From Dipteris shenzhenensis (lineage: Eukaryota): DNA of 64,000 nt. This document shows positions 52,823 through 64,000 of this stretch, in pieces; position 1 is the stretch's first letter, and each line of letters opens with the position of its first letter. The position numbers and the translations under genes are program-made. Under the pieces are notes generated by a model. The model made no database searches. It saw only the letters and a program-made list of their open reading frames with translations, and was not told where the DNA came from. The DNA is taken from the NCBI GenBank assembly GCA_047967505.1, contig CM106538.1. One strand, written 5' to 3'.

Positions 52823-54945
52823 TGTTGGAACACTGAAAGGAAAGAGTAGAGTGGACAAAAACTCAGAATACTTGCTTATAGAATGAAGAAGAGTGAGGTC
52901 CTTAAATAGGCACCTCATACATGCTCACTGACATCACTGATGACTTCAGAGCTCCACAATCATCTCCTCAATCTGCTCCTAGATTCTCTCAATCATCCTA
53001 TGTGGCTCTCCACCACCTAATTGTGCTTGTGGGCACCTAACTGTGCCTCTAGCACTCACACATAGAAACATAAGGTGTGCGTGAGGCATACACCTTGAGA
53101 TATCCCAACAAACCCCCCCTCAAGGAAATGCCTCAGGCTATGTCAAGGATACATCTAGTCTCATAGTTTCTCATGCCATCTCATGGTGGTCAAGGATAAA
53201 TCTATGGCTAGGTTCTCATGCTAGCAAGGGTTCCCTTGGGTGTAAGGTAAACAAAAAGGGATACACAAAGACCTTCCAATGGTTATCTCCCCTGCATGTA
53301 CATGCACACAATGTCTGCAGGAGGTACCATGGAACAAAAACATACACATGGCCTACATCATAAGGTGACCAGAGGTGTTTACAAAACACACAAAACACAA
53401 TAGTTTATTTCATTCATTTTGGAGGACTATCCAGGCTGAGTACCTTGACATAAAAAGAGAGATCTGGAGCATATAGAGATGATTTAAAATGCATAATCTT
53501 CATGGGATGCCTCATCTTGTGGAGGCAAAATATCCATGTCAAGGCAAGGTCTTACCACATGGGCAGTGTCTAGTGCCTTATAAGATGGTACTATGATAGA
53601 ACAAGTGGATCTGAAAATCATATCCTTCAATAGAACAATTATCTTGTCATCTCCATAGTTGTGTAGAGAAGCATATCTTAGGTATCTGACCTTCATCTTT
53701 TTCTTGTACTTGGAGTCAAAAAATGCCATGAGAGGGTATATCTCTGGCTTTGTTGTTGCTTCCTTTTTGGCAACCATTGTTTTGGCAATCTTCAATAAGG
53801 AAGTCAGGTTGACATTTTCATCCTTTGTAGCATAACAAGACATTGCTTTATGTTTTGGCCTTTCACATATTTTGTATAAGCAAGCCAAAACAATGGAAGT
53901 GTCTTCTCTCTTACAGGTGAAATATGAGCAATAAAAGGTAATCCTTTCAAAGAGTAACAATCTTGAAATGCAAGATGTTTAAGTAAGAAATGACCAAGTA
54001 GATGCTAGAAAAATGAGCATAGCAGACTGAAAATAAATCTTGGTCAAACTATCAGTCAAACTTTGATTGTCCAAGGTCAAACTTAGACTTGCATAGTCAA
54101 GCTTTCATGGCCAAAGAGGCAGCTCAGAAATCTGCTTCAAATCGTCATGCAAAGGTCAGAATTTAGAGGGCTTTTATACTGGAGAGGAAGGTAAATAGGT
54201 AGAGCTTCTCCCTCAGAAAGGAATCGTGCAGAAAACGGCCACGTCGCCCAGCATTGTAGAGGAACTATGGACTGGTTTTTCGACGAGAACTACCTGAATG
54301 CTACTCCAAAAGAGCTCAGACTTGATGAGCAGGGAGGTCGTGATGTCGCCCAGCTCCCTCTGAAAGGAAATAGACAATGTAGCTCTCCACAGTGAGAACC
54401 AGGAAAAAGATCATCGCAGCTTCCTGAGACAATGCCGCCCAGAAGATGGCGAGATAACTCGTATAGCTCATTTTGCAGATTCGCCCTGCCCTTGGGAAGA
54501 CTCTCCTGAAGGATGAGATGCTGAGAATCCAGGTTTGAAGAGAACTTTCACTTCCAAAATCGACTTTGGAAGGGAAGGTGGAAGATGAAGGTGAAGAAGA
54601 AGATGATGATGTGGCACCTAAATAGGGCTCAAGGAGGATCAAATGGCTCTGATACCATGTTGGAACACTGAAAGGAAAGAGTAGAGTGGACACAAACTCA
54701 AAATACTTGCTTATAGAATGAAGAAGAGTGAGGTCCTTAAGTAGGCACCTCATACATGCTCACTGACATCACTGATGACTTCAGAGCTCCACAATCATCT
54801 CCTCAATCTGCTCCTAGATTCTCTCAATCATCCTATGTGGCTCTCCACCACCTAACTGTGCTTGTGGGCACCTAACTATGCCTCTAGCACTCACACATAG
54901 AAACATAAGGTGTGCCTGAGGCATACACCTTGAGATATCCCAATA
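52823..54945 (-). mobile_element. Intact non-autonomous LTR element (288 bp LTRs at 52823-53110 and 54658-54945) inserted at the gag/protease junction of the host element
   Basis: Near-identical LTRs run tgttgg...cccaaca/cccaata. 5-bp TSD GAAGA at 52818-52822 and 54946-54950. iMet PBS at 54646-54657 and PPT at ~53111-53125. The host reading frame continues across the insertion. Confidence 0.95.
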
Positions 54946-54950
54946 GAAGA

Positions 54951-56268
54951 GACCTCTCATACCTTTCCCTTTTTCTTGCTCCTCCTTGTTGAGAGCCCTT
55001 GCTGCAGCTCACGTCTCACCTTAGGGCTTAGTGCTATTAGTTGAGGGAACATGATGCTCAAAGACCGATGAGCAAGGTCCTGAACGACTGGATAGTCCTC
55101 TTGCCCTGAGCTGATAGGAAAATCCGAGGGCGACCACTTACTCCTGCGAGATCTTTTAGTCTTCTCTGTTGGTGGGTTTGCCATCTTAGCATCTGAGGGC
55201 TCTCAGAAGGACACTTTCTTCCTGGGGTGGCCCGGTCCACGGTTTGGAGAGGGGTCCGAGGTGGTACGACTTCTTTTCATGAGGTCAAGGATCTCTACAT
55301 CAAAATCCTCGGTGCCTGACTCACTTAGAAGATTCACCCTTGGAATATTGGGGCATTCCGTGTGATAATGACCCTTCTAGTGGCACTCGTAGCACACAAC
55401 ATTGGCACGTTCTCTTGGAGGGTGATTGGCTTGATTTTTGATGCCCAGCATCTCAAGCCGAAGATCATTCAGGGCCTTGGCTAGGTCATTGACTCTGGGT
55501 ACTTTAGCAGGAGGGGCCGGGGGAGTACGAAGGAGGGGGGCTCGTGGGTGAGGCTGGGGAAATCTTCTAGGTGGAGGGTGAGGATATACACCTTGTTGAG
55601 GGTAAGCACCTAAGGGAGGACCATACATTTGAGGTGGAGGCAGTGGATACATCCCTAATGGGGGTGGGGATATGCCCCTGAGTTGGACCCCCCAAGTTGT
55701 TGTTGCAAGAATTGAGGGGGTTGCGGAGGGACAATCGTCTTCTTTGAAGTGGGGTCAAACTGAACTTTATCAAACTTTTGAGCAATCTCGTGTGCTAGCA
55801 CCATAGTTTCTAGATTCTCCCATTTAAGCTTGAGGCAGAATTCGTCACTTGCTCCTACTACAAGGTAGCCCAGCACATGCTGAGTCATTCCAGATCGAAA
55901 TCTGGCATTGTCCTCCTGCATGGCAATTAAACGGGGTCCAGGAGCACGGCTACTCGATCCACATATTGACGCGCCATCTCACCTTCTAACTGCTTCAAAT
56001 TTGCCACCTGTAGGTACACATTCTTTGGCTCCTCTTCTTTGTCGAAATACTCAATCATCGCTGATGTCAACCTTGGCCAGCTTTGGTGAATGTCGTCGGC
56101 CTGCTTCTCATACTACACTTGAGCCAAACCCTCTAGAAATGTGGGAAGAACCAATAGCCATCTATCTTCATTAAGAAAGTTGAGAGAAACACAACGGCGC
56201 TTGAAGGCCACAAGATACTCATTTGGATTTTCTTCAACCTGTCCACAGAACATGAGAATGTCAGCCAT
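54951..56268 (-). pseudogene. gag of the 48468-60322 element
   Basis: From ATG 56268: MADILMFCGQVEENPNEYLVAFKRRC...LPTFLEGLAQV*YE...SWPRLTSAMIEYF...LKQLEGE (capsid). A proline-rich linker follows, then the knuckle CYECH*KGHYHTEC at ~55350-55395. Confidence 0.88.
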
Positions 56269-56635
56269 GCTTGGAAAATGGAAAAGCAAGAGACGAAATG
56301 AGGCTTATCTATTGGCAAACAATGGAAAGAGGTAGCTTGAACTGAAAATCAGGTGAAGATACATCCACAAAGCACACATAGGCAGGGTAGGGTGTGACTG
56401 GTGTATTGTGAAATACTACACGGGAAGAATCTTTAGCATAGAATAGCTCATAGACAATCTTAAAAGGACCAACCCTCATGATATGGCATCCATCTTTACA
56501 AGCGAGGTTTAGAGACATGGCGCTGCATGAGGTTGTTCATCAAGGCAAACAAGAATGCCAACAATTGTCAATAGTTAGAGAGCTTGCACATCACCTTTAG
56601 CTTCTTCTAGTTCTTGTAATCGCCATGCTATTTCT

Positions 56636-57799
56636 TCAAGGGGTGTGCGGTCTGGCATCCTTCTTTTGAGCAATGTCCTTGAGGACCTTTTTGATGATCT
56701 TTTGAAGTCGGTAAACTCGTATCAAATATGCCCAACACTTAGTTTCATGATGACCACAACCTTTGCATTCCTTACAAATGATCACCCTCATTCGGGCTTG
56801 CGGCTTTGTTGGGGCGGTGCTTCCGCTCGTTTCATGCGTGATTGAAGTACAAGCTTCACGTGCCAAGAAATCAGCAACTAGATTTTGAGCTCAAGGGATA
56901 TGTTGAATTTTTACCTCTTCAAATTGTTGGCAAAGTTCCAATGCTTATTGATGTCATGGAACCAAGCCTTCGCTCTACACCTTCCACCTTCCACTAACTT
57001 GTTCACACACGAGTTGAGAATCTCCTTGCACCTCAAGTTGCTTGATGCGATGTTCTTGTGGCCTTTGTACCCCAAAAATGAGTGCTGAGTACTCAGCTTG
57101 GTTGCAAGTACTTGCTGGTGCAGACTTGCTATAGCAATACACCTCACCCCCTAGTGAAGTGAGCTTCACACCCACACCAGTAGCCTTGGTCAAAGGTTTG
57201 TATGCACCGTCAAATTGGAGGAGCCAAGATGACATCACACCAAGACTAGAATCCAAACATCCCAAGTTTCTCGGTAGTCCAAGATAAGTAGAAGGAGAGG
57301 GTGGGGAGAATTCAATACTTGAGCAAGACGTTCAGCACCAAATAAACTTGCAATCCTTTGTTGATAGTTTATCTTTAGATAAAAAAAAATTACAACTTGA
57401 GCCGAGCCCTAGAAACCTTTGTAGTGAGATTGAGAAGAAATCATTCAAGATGAGCTTATCCACAGGAATTATTAAGCAGATGCACCAAATCTCCCCCCAA
57501 GCTTAGGAAGCATCCCACCCTTCGAAGAATGTCACCCTTTTAATTACCTCCGATGGAGCAAGTAGCTCGATCGCTGCACAATGAGTAGATTTGAAATCAA
57601 AGTCCTCCCAATGTATCACTAGTTCTTCACCTTGAATCATCCATGGTGTATCATCCCACCTGTTGTTTCCTTGAACCATGCATTGTACAATCAGTTGTTG
57701 AAGATCGACATGAAGATCAAGAAAGAGATCTCGCCAATTGGTAGCCGTAATGAGCGGAGGACCAAGCACCAAATCCTTGAACTCGTCGAGAAGTGACAT
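56636..57799 (-). pseudogene. Extra ORF upstream of gag encoding an archaeal-type RNase HI (~57230-56850) and a CCHC zinc knuckle (~56735-56776)
   Basis: WLLQFDGA...TCNQAEYSALIFG...LEVQGDSQLVCEQVSGRWKV...IQHIP*AQNLVADFLA, then CKECKGCGHHETKC. ORF-track pieces 57503-57799, 56975-57265 and 56636-56866 all lie in one frame. Confidence 0.88.
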
Positions 57800-58134
57800 A
57801 AATATCCACCCTCCTCATGTGGCGTGTGTCCAAGGAGTGAGCTTGAAAAAGTTCAAAATCTATGATCTAGTATCAGATATGAATAGAGCACATGAAATGA
57901 AGTACTTTTGCTTTTTACAACAAGAGGAAACTCCCTACGGTTAGAGAGTTATAGTTCATGAAATTTCACCATATAAGCAATATCATTACACTTTCATTAC
58001 TTCCTATTTGTTGGCCCATTGGTAAGTCTTCCTTTTGTGAATGGGGAGGTCTTGGGTTCAATTCCCACTCCTTAATAAAAAGAGAGGAGAGGAGAGGAGA
58101 AGAGAAGAGAAAGAGAAGGAGAAGAAGATAGAAA

Positions 58135-59874
58135 GGGGGGGGGGGGGGCGAGGTTTGTTGCAGATGCGTAGGAGTAGTTTTACGTGGTGCTGCACAAAAG
58201 ATGCACAGAAGCGATTTTGTAGACGCGATCGACCAGAAGATGCGTGGCGCCACACAGAAGATGCGCAAGAACCTAGAAGATGCATAGGCGGAAGGCGCAG
58301 AAACTGAGAAGTTCTGTTGCCGCAGAGACGGAGAACTGTGAGTAGAAGACACGTAGATTGGAGGCATAGAAGCAGAGAACCACACACGAAAGGTGCTGTA
58401 GAACTACAACCAGTCGTAGGAGTAACGAATTTTATGCCACTAGCTGTGGAGATTTTGATCCCAACACCCACACCAATTCTATTAACTAGAAAAGAATTTG
58501 AGACAAGAGGCTAGATGCTAGGCATGGCAATGCTCGAGTGCCATGGAGGAAAAGGGAACGTGAGGGAAGAAGCGTTCACATAGGTGGGGAAAAGGGATTA
58601 ATAGGGGTGGGAATGAAGAGAGAGACTATGCCACAAGGGGGAAGGGAGAGGGGGAAGAGGAGCATGTACATGATGGGACGAGGAATGTAGAGATGGAGAC
58701 ATCAAGGGAGGAGGGTCATGCTTTATTTAAAAGGAAGGATGGGGGGAAGAAATCAAAGTACTAGCTAGGTGGCTTTACAAGAATGAGTGTGTTCCATCAA
58801 GGAATGGCCCCCTCCTTTTATAGCCAAGAGAGGGGGTCTCTCCCAATAAATGCATCCTCCCACATGCATGTGGAAAAGTCTCCCATGTGGGCTAGGTAGT
58901 TACGCACTCTCAATTGTGTGCGACAACCCTTGGCCTCATTTTTCCACATATATCAACCCCCATATCCCAAGTCTAAGATACTCCCCTGGTCTCTTCCCAA
59001 TTTGGGGGGGGGGGCGAGGTTTGTTGCAGATGCGCAGGAGCAGTTTTGCGTGGTGCCGCACAAAAGATGCGCAGAAGCGATTTTGTAGACGTGATCGACC
59101 AGAAGATGCATGGCGCTGCACAGAAGATGCACAAGAACCCAGAAGATGCATAGGCAGAAGGCGTAGAAACTGAGAAGTTCTATTGCCGCAGAGATGGAGA
59201 ACTGCGAGCAGAAGACACGTAGATTGGAGGCGTAGAAGCAGAGAACCACACACGAAAGGTGCTGTAGAACTACAACCAGCCATAGGAGTAACGAATTTTG
59301 TGCCACTAGCCGTGGAGATTTCGATCCCAATAGCCACACCAATTCTATTAACTAGAAAAAATTTGAGACAAGAGGCTAGATGCTAGGCATGGCAACACTC
59401 GAGTGCCATGGAGGAAAAGGGAACGTGAGGGAAGAAGCATTAACATAGGTGGGGAAAAGGGATTAAGAGGGGTGGGAATGAAGAGAGGGACTATGCCACA
59501 AGGGGGAAGGGAGAGGGGGAAGAGAAGCATGTACATGATGGGACGAGGAATGTAGAGATGGAGACATCAAGGGAGGAGGGTCATGCTTTATTTGAAAGGA
59601 AGGATGGGGGGAAGAAATCAAAGTACTAGCTAGGTGGCTTTACAAGAATGAGTGTGTTCCATCAAGGAATAGCCCCGTCCTTTTATAGCCAAGAGAGGGG
59701 GTCTCCCCCAATAAATGCATCCTCCCATATGCATGGTGTGTGTGGAAAAGTCTCCCTTGTGGGCTAGGTAGTTACGCACTCTCAATTGTGTGTGACAACC
59801 CTTGGCTCATTTTTCCACATATATCAACCCCCATATCCCAAGTCTAAGATACTCCCCTGGTCTCTTCCCAATTT
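58135..59874. repeat. ~870 bp tandem duplication inside the 5' LTR (58135-59003 / 59004-59874)
   Basis: Both units start with a G-run + cgaggtttgttgcagatgcg and end ctcttcccaattt. Confidence 0.92.
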
Positions 59875-61714
59875 TATAATACGTTCAATCATCTAGGAGG
59901 ACAAGTGGAGGGTTGGCACAAGGAATCTTGCCACCTCATCCTACTTTTCCCATTATTTAACTTGCATTCTTGGACTATCTACACCCCCCTCCCCACATGG
60001 GCCTATCCTACATGGAGGGAATAATCCAATACAATATCCATCTCCACCTATTTTATATTACTTCTCTGATGGTCCTTGGTCCATGTCTCACTAAATGCAG
60101 GCATGGGACCACCTAGGTGGAGCGGTGGCACATGGAGGAACCATGCCACCTTAACACTTTATAATATAAATGGGTCCTCTTACGTGGAAGGGTGGCACAT
60201 GGTCATGCCCTGCTAGCTCAACCCTAGGCCCTATGTACACCATATTTTATTATACTTTTGCCACAGATACAAGCACACACATATATTTATGCCTTTTACC
60301 TCGGCCAAATTTATCCATAACAATGCCTACCCAGCTTAGGTACAAGAGAGCTCTTGCAGGTGACTCTGACTCACTAGCAAGGTGAATCCATGTTCCAAAA
60401 GAAGTAGTTGAGCCATCATCCCACTAGACCCAGTCAAATGTGTATCCATTTCCCTAGCATGAGGCCCTCCTAATCTCAAACCTATAGATGCCAAAGAAGG
60501 AGCTAGCATTGGAAGTCCTCATGAGCCTAAGGTCTAGTTTGGATGAGTCCCCTGGATAGACGGTGCTATAGATTCCTCATTAGCAATGGACCCTTTCCAT
60601 TGAGAGGGGGGCTTTGAGAAATCCACTGATGAGACTGCTTCCAGTGGCCTCTTGTGTAGGGGGTATTCCTAAGAAGCCCCCTTTGAAGCAAGAGCTTCTA
60701 GGGCTCTGAACCTAGGGTTGAGGCCTTGCACTACTAGCTTGCCCAAAGCATCTATACTTTGTATCTCTGCATCTATGATGCCAAGCCATCCCTTTGCTGG
60801 GGGTAGGGTCATCATCTACCAAGTGACCCTAGCTCTAGTGTTCTTCATGCCATTTGATCTGACCCACAAGAAGTTATGCACCTGCTCCCATGAAAAAAAG
60901 GCTATGTACCAAGTTGTGGACAAGAGGAACTAGTTTTCCATGAGGGCTCGTCTAATAGGGAGAGTTCGGTCAAGCTCCAATACAAAAGCTTGCGCCACAC
61001 ATTCTTTAGGATCAGGGAAATGTTCTACTATATTAAATGTCAATGCCCACCTACTAGCCCAAGTACCTTGTTGTTTGACCTTGTGGGATCATAGAAATGC
61101 ACGTTGGAGGGCAAGATCAGGTATGAATGCACATTGGAGCAGGCAGGGTGAAGGCAAAGGTAGGGAATAGAAGTTGAAGGGGGGTCAAAACTGCAAGTAG
61201 GAGAAGAGATGTGAGGGGGATACTAACTCACACGAGCGGGGAGAGCCTTGTCTATGAGTGCATTGCCTCCTCGACCATTGTTCTAGCTATAAAGATGGTG
61301 ACCTATATATCAAAATAAATGTGAAAAAATAAAGATTTAACAAAAATCATCCTAAGACAACCCATTGCTTCAATCAAAAGAATCAATCAAACTAATTAAA
61401 AATTGCATACTAGACGTTCTAAGTTAATGTTTAGCTACAATTCTCATATTGCTTCAATTAATCAATAAAAATAATAAAAAAATACATACTAGACATTCTA
61501 AATTATGTTTAGCTACAATTCTCACATTTTCTAAATGTGTATACAAATAAGAAGTTCTATATCATGTGTAGTTGGTTTTTGATTTTTTTAAAATGCAAAT
61601 GTAAATGGGTTATGGGAAACCTAGACTTGTTGCTACCGCAAGGTCCAAGGCACATCCAAGCATTGGAAGCTTGTAATGTTATTAAAGTTTGCGACCATCT
61701 AGCTAGCATTGGTT

Positions 61715-61745
<31 letters not shown>

Positions 61746-62149
61746 TGAGAATAAGTAAAATTTTATATCATTTTCTAAAATTTTTTGAGAATGGATGGAG
61801 TTTTGAAAGAATCGTTTTTATCAAGGAACTCCTCAAAGAATTATCTACCTCAAAGATATGAAAAGTAATTAAAAAGGTAGATCCACTTAGTCAAGAGGTT
61901 TTCTCTGGGGAGTCACATGAAAATGGTAACAAACTAAATGTTGTTCAAGAGAACATAAATTTAATATAAAAGATTAATGTTTACTCCATAAGGGTAGCTC
62001 AAGGGTAGTATAGGAGTGTCTCCTCTAGTAATGATGCTAGGCACAACACTCTTTATGAATGTCATCACAGTTCAAGAGCTAGGGTCATTGAGAATCCATC
62101 AACCTAATTGCCCACATAGCCTGCTGGCCGATGTGAATATCTTTGAGTG

Positions 62150-63000
62150 CTGTATGCAACTCCCATATGGAATCCTAAAAAAAGGTGTAATAAAGGTCCA
62201 AAATGCTAGGAAAGTAAAGATGAATGCCTAAAGATCAGCAAGTCAATGCATCCTTTAAAGATAGGCGAGTCAATATATCTTTAGAGATGAATTTGGCAAA
62301 CGGAAAAGTATCTCTATGAACTTTATTGTGGGATTACCTAGAAATAGTAGGGCTCGACTCTATGTGGGCTACTTGTGGATCATTTGTCCAAAATAAGTCA
62401 GTTTATACCAATAAGAGTAGAAGTGACAACTCCTAAATTAGCAAAATTATTTGTGGAGCATGTTTATTGACATGTGGACTACTGAATTGTATTATTAGTG
62501 ACTAGGATAGTAAATTTAATAGTTTTTTTGGTTAGCTAGACTATTTGTGAAGCTTGGCGATTATGCGGGTTACTAAATGGTACTATTGGTCACTAGGATA
62601 GTAAATTTAATAGTCATTTTGGAGGGCTATTTTTGAATTATTGTATACTATTCTAAGTATGCATATTACTTTAAATATACATACATTATTTTCAAATTGT
62701 TATATATTGCTCTAAATATGCATATTGCCATAGAGTGATGGTCCAATGAAGTAGATCAATTAGATCATACAAAATACGATACGAGCATATGTAAGTAAAT
62801 AGAAAACTAATTGGGATAACTTTTACTCATATTAGAATCTACATGTAACTTCCCCATATATTTTGCATGGTAACATATGGATTTTAAGTAAGAGCACCAA
62901 TTTTTAGAGAGCCTAAAGAAGGAGAACATTTAGGTAGCTAGAGCTTTTCTTAAAGAGATGGATCAAATGATCAAGATAGCTAACTTCTACTCAAGGTAGC
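62150..63000 (+). pseudogene. Heavily decayed gypsy integrase core
   Basis: SISMNFIVGLPR, DHLSKISQFIP, TTPKLAKLFVEHV and IISD*DSKFNS. Confidence 0.75.
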
Positions 63001-64000
63001 TAAGGTGGCCATTCATAAATAAGAGAAAATTTATTTAATAGTGTAGTGGCATGCGTGTTTAGCATTTTGAGAAAGAAAGCTACCTTGGGTATTGTGTATG
63101 GATTCCTTTGTGAATAAAGTTGGTTCCAATCCATTAGGGACATGCATACAATTAAGATTAACTAGCCATCCTCTCATAGTTACAAGAATATGATGGGGGA
63201 TTGTAATAGGATGACATGATGGTAATATATTTGTCATGGAGATAAACATTAACTACTTTCTGCAGTAATTGCACAAGGATCATATCATAGATTGAATAGA
63301 ATAACATATTTTATTTAATAAACAAAATCTAAATTATGGCTATTGAAATATGCATAGAACCAAAGCCTTTGTAAAGGTAGGATAGTTGGATTTTGGATAC
63401 CAATTTTTGTTCTTGTTGTATAATAATATTAGTTGAGAGTGCAAATAAGGTTCTAACAATTGACATGTTGCAAATCATCCTTATGGAGCCCAATATATCT
63501 TTGATTTTGATATCTCAAATTTGGGTAAATTTTATTTTTATATCCAAGGATAATATTTAATATATTTATATTTGCATCATATAGTACATTGTTAGAGCTA
63601 GATTGTAATAGTCTTGCTCTATACTTGCAACCTTTCTTGGTGATCTTTATCAATAAGAATGTACTATTAGTGAGTGGTTGTCATTTTAGCAAGATTTCTA
63701 GTGACAAACAATGATGTGATATCATTGATCATGAATGAATATTGATATCAGCTTGCAATAATTGAATTTCTCTTTCTAAATAAATATGAAGAATCACATA
63801 ATGAACGAGAGATGGGTATTAAAAAATCTTCATGGGGATCGATAAGATAAATTTGACTTTAATATTTAAAATGTTTTGGTCCTTTATGCTCATAGCCATA
63901 TGTAGGACATTTTATCCATTTTGCATGGGATGCTCGATTTTGCAAGTACCATTGTTAATTCATGTGAGGCGACATCATTATTTTTTATAATAGATACACA

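Larger units (their letters stand above)
48468..60322 (-). mobile_element. Large non-chromovirus (Tat/Athila-related) gypsy LTR retrotransposon: 5' LTR ~57972-60322, upstream aRH ORF, gag, PR, RT, degenerate RH, INT, PPT 49476-49492, 3' LTR 48468-49475 (outer end truncated)
   Basis: Both LTRs end ...aatttatccataaca (TGTTATGG on minus) and share ~1 kb. A G-run PPT is present. Motifs: RT WVSPVVVTPKK, MPFGLTNAP and FLDDF; INT H..FCGGH...C..C, WGIDFVG, IVSDYG and WTGPY. Confidence 0.93.

Noticed and set aside
57955-57971. PBS of the large gypsy element (TGGTGAAATTTCATG on minus)
   Set aside because: The position is plausible, but I cannot match it confidently to a tRNA 3' end. The LTR boundary at ~57972 is therefore tentative.
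58003-58078. Functional tRNA gene
   Set aside because: No pairing acceptor stem and a weak anticodon stem. Kept only as a tRNA-like motif.
57966-59536. Duplicated 100-139 aa ORFs in the LTR
   Set aside because: They arise from low-complexity LTR sub-repeats and the tandem duplication, and show no protein motif.
63031-63950. AT-rich minus-strand ORF fragments, possibly a decayed DNA transposon or Helitron
   Set aside because: No diagnostic motif identified.

Overview
Eukaryotic land-plant nuclear DNA, probably from a large-genome non-seed plant such as a fern (inferred from the divergent pTAC10, the TE content and the microsatellite richness). The only recognisable intact host gene is the 5' end of the plastid RNA polymerase-associated gene pTAC10/PAP3 (minus strand, exon 1 4316-3573, exon 2 3345-3286). 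Its second intron apparently runs off the left edge and is filled with LTR elements. The rest is nested, mostly decayed transposons: a chromovirus-derived mini LTR element, a Tourist-like MITE, a split CACTA transposase, three non-chromovirus Ty3/gypsy elements, two small non-autonomous LTR elements, a truncated Ty1/copia element and a decayed integrase. Best candidates for something new: (1) a gypsy element (48468-60322) whose pol RNase H has lost all four catalytic carboxylates, while an archaeal-type RNase H plus CCHC knuckle sits in a separate ORF UPSTREAM of gag; (2) an inverted-repeat (hairpin) pair of Pol IV/V second-subunit (NRPD2/NRPE2-like) fragments; (3) a tandem array built from the pTAC10 start-codon region; (4) a tRNA-like A/B-box motif inside an LTR. 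All calls are by eye, and identity figures are rough estimates.
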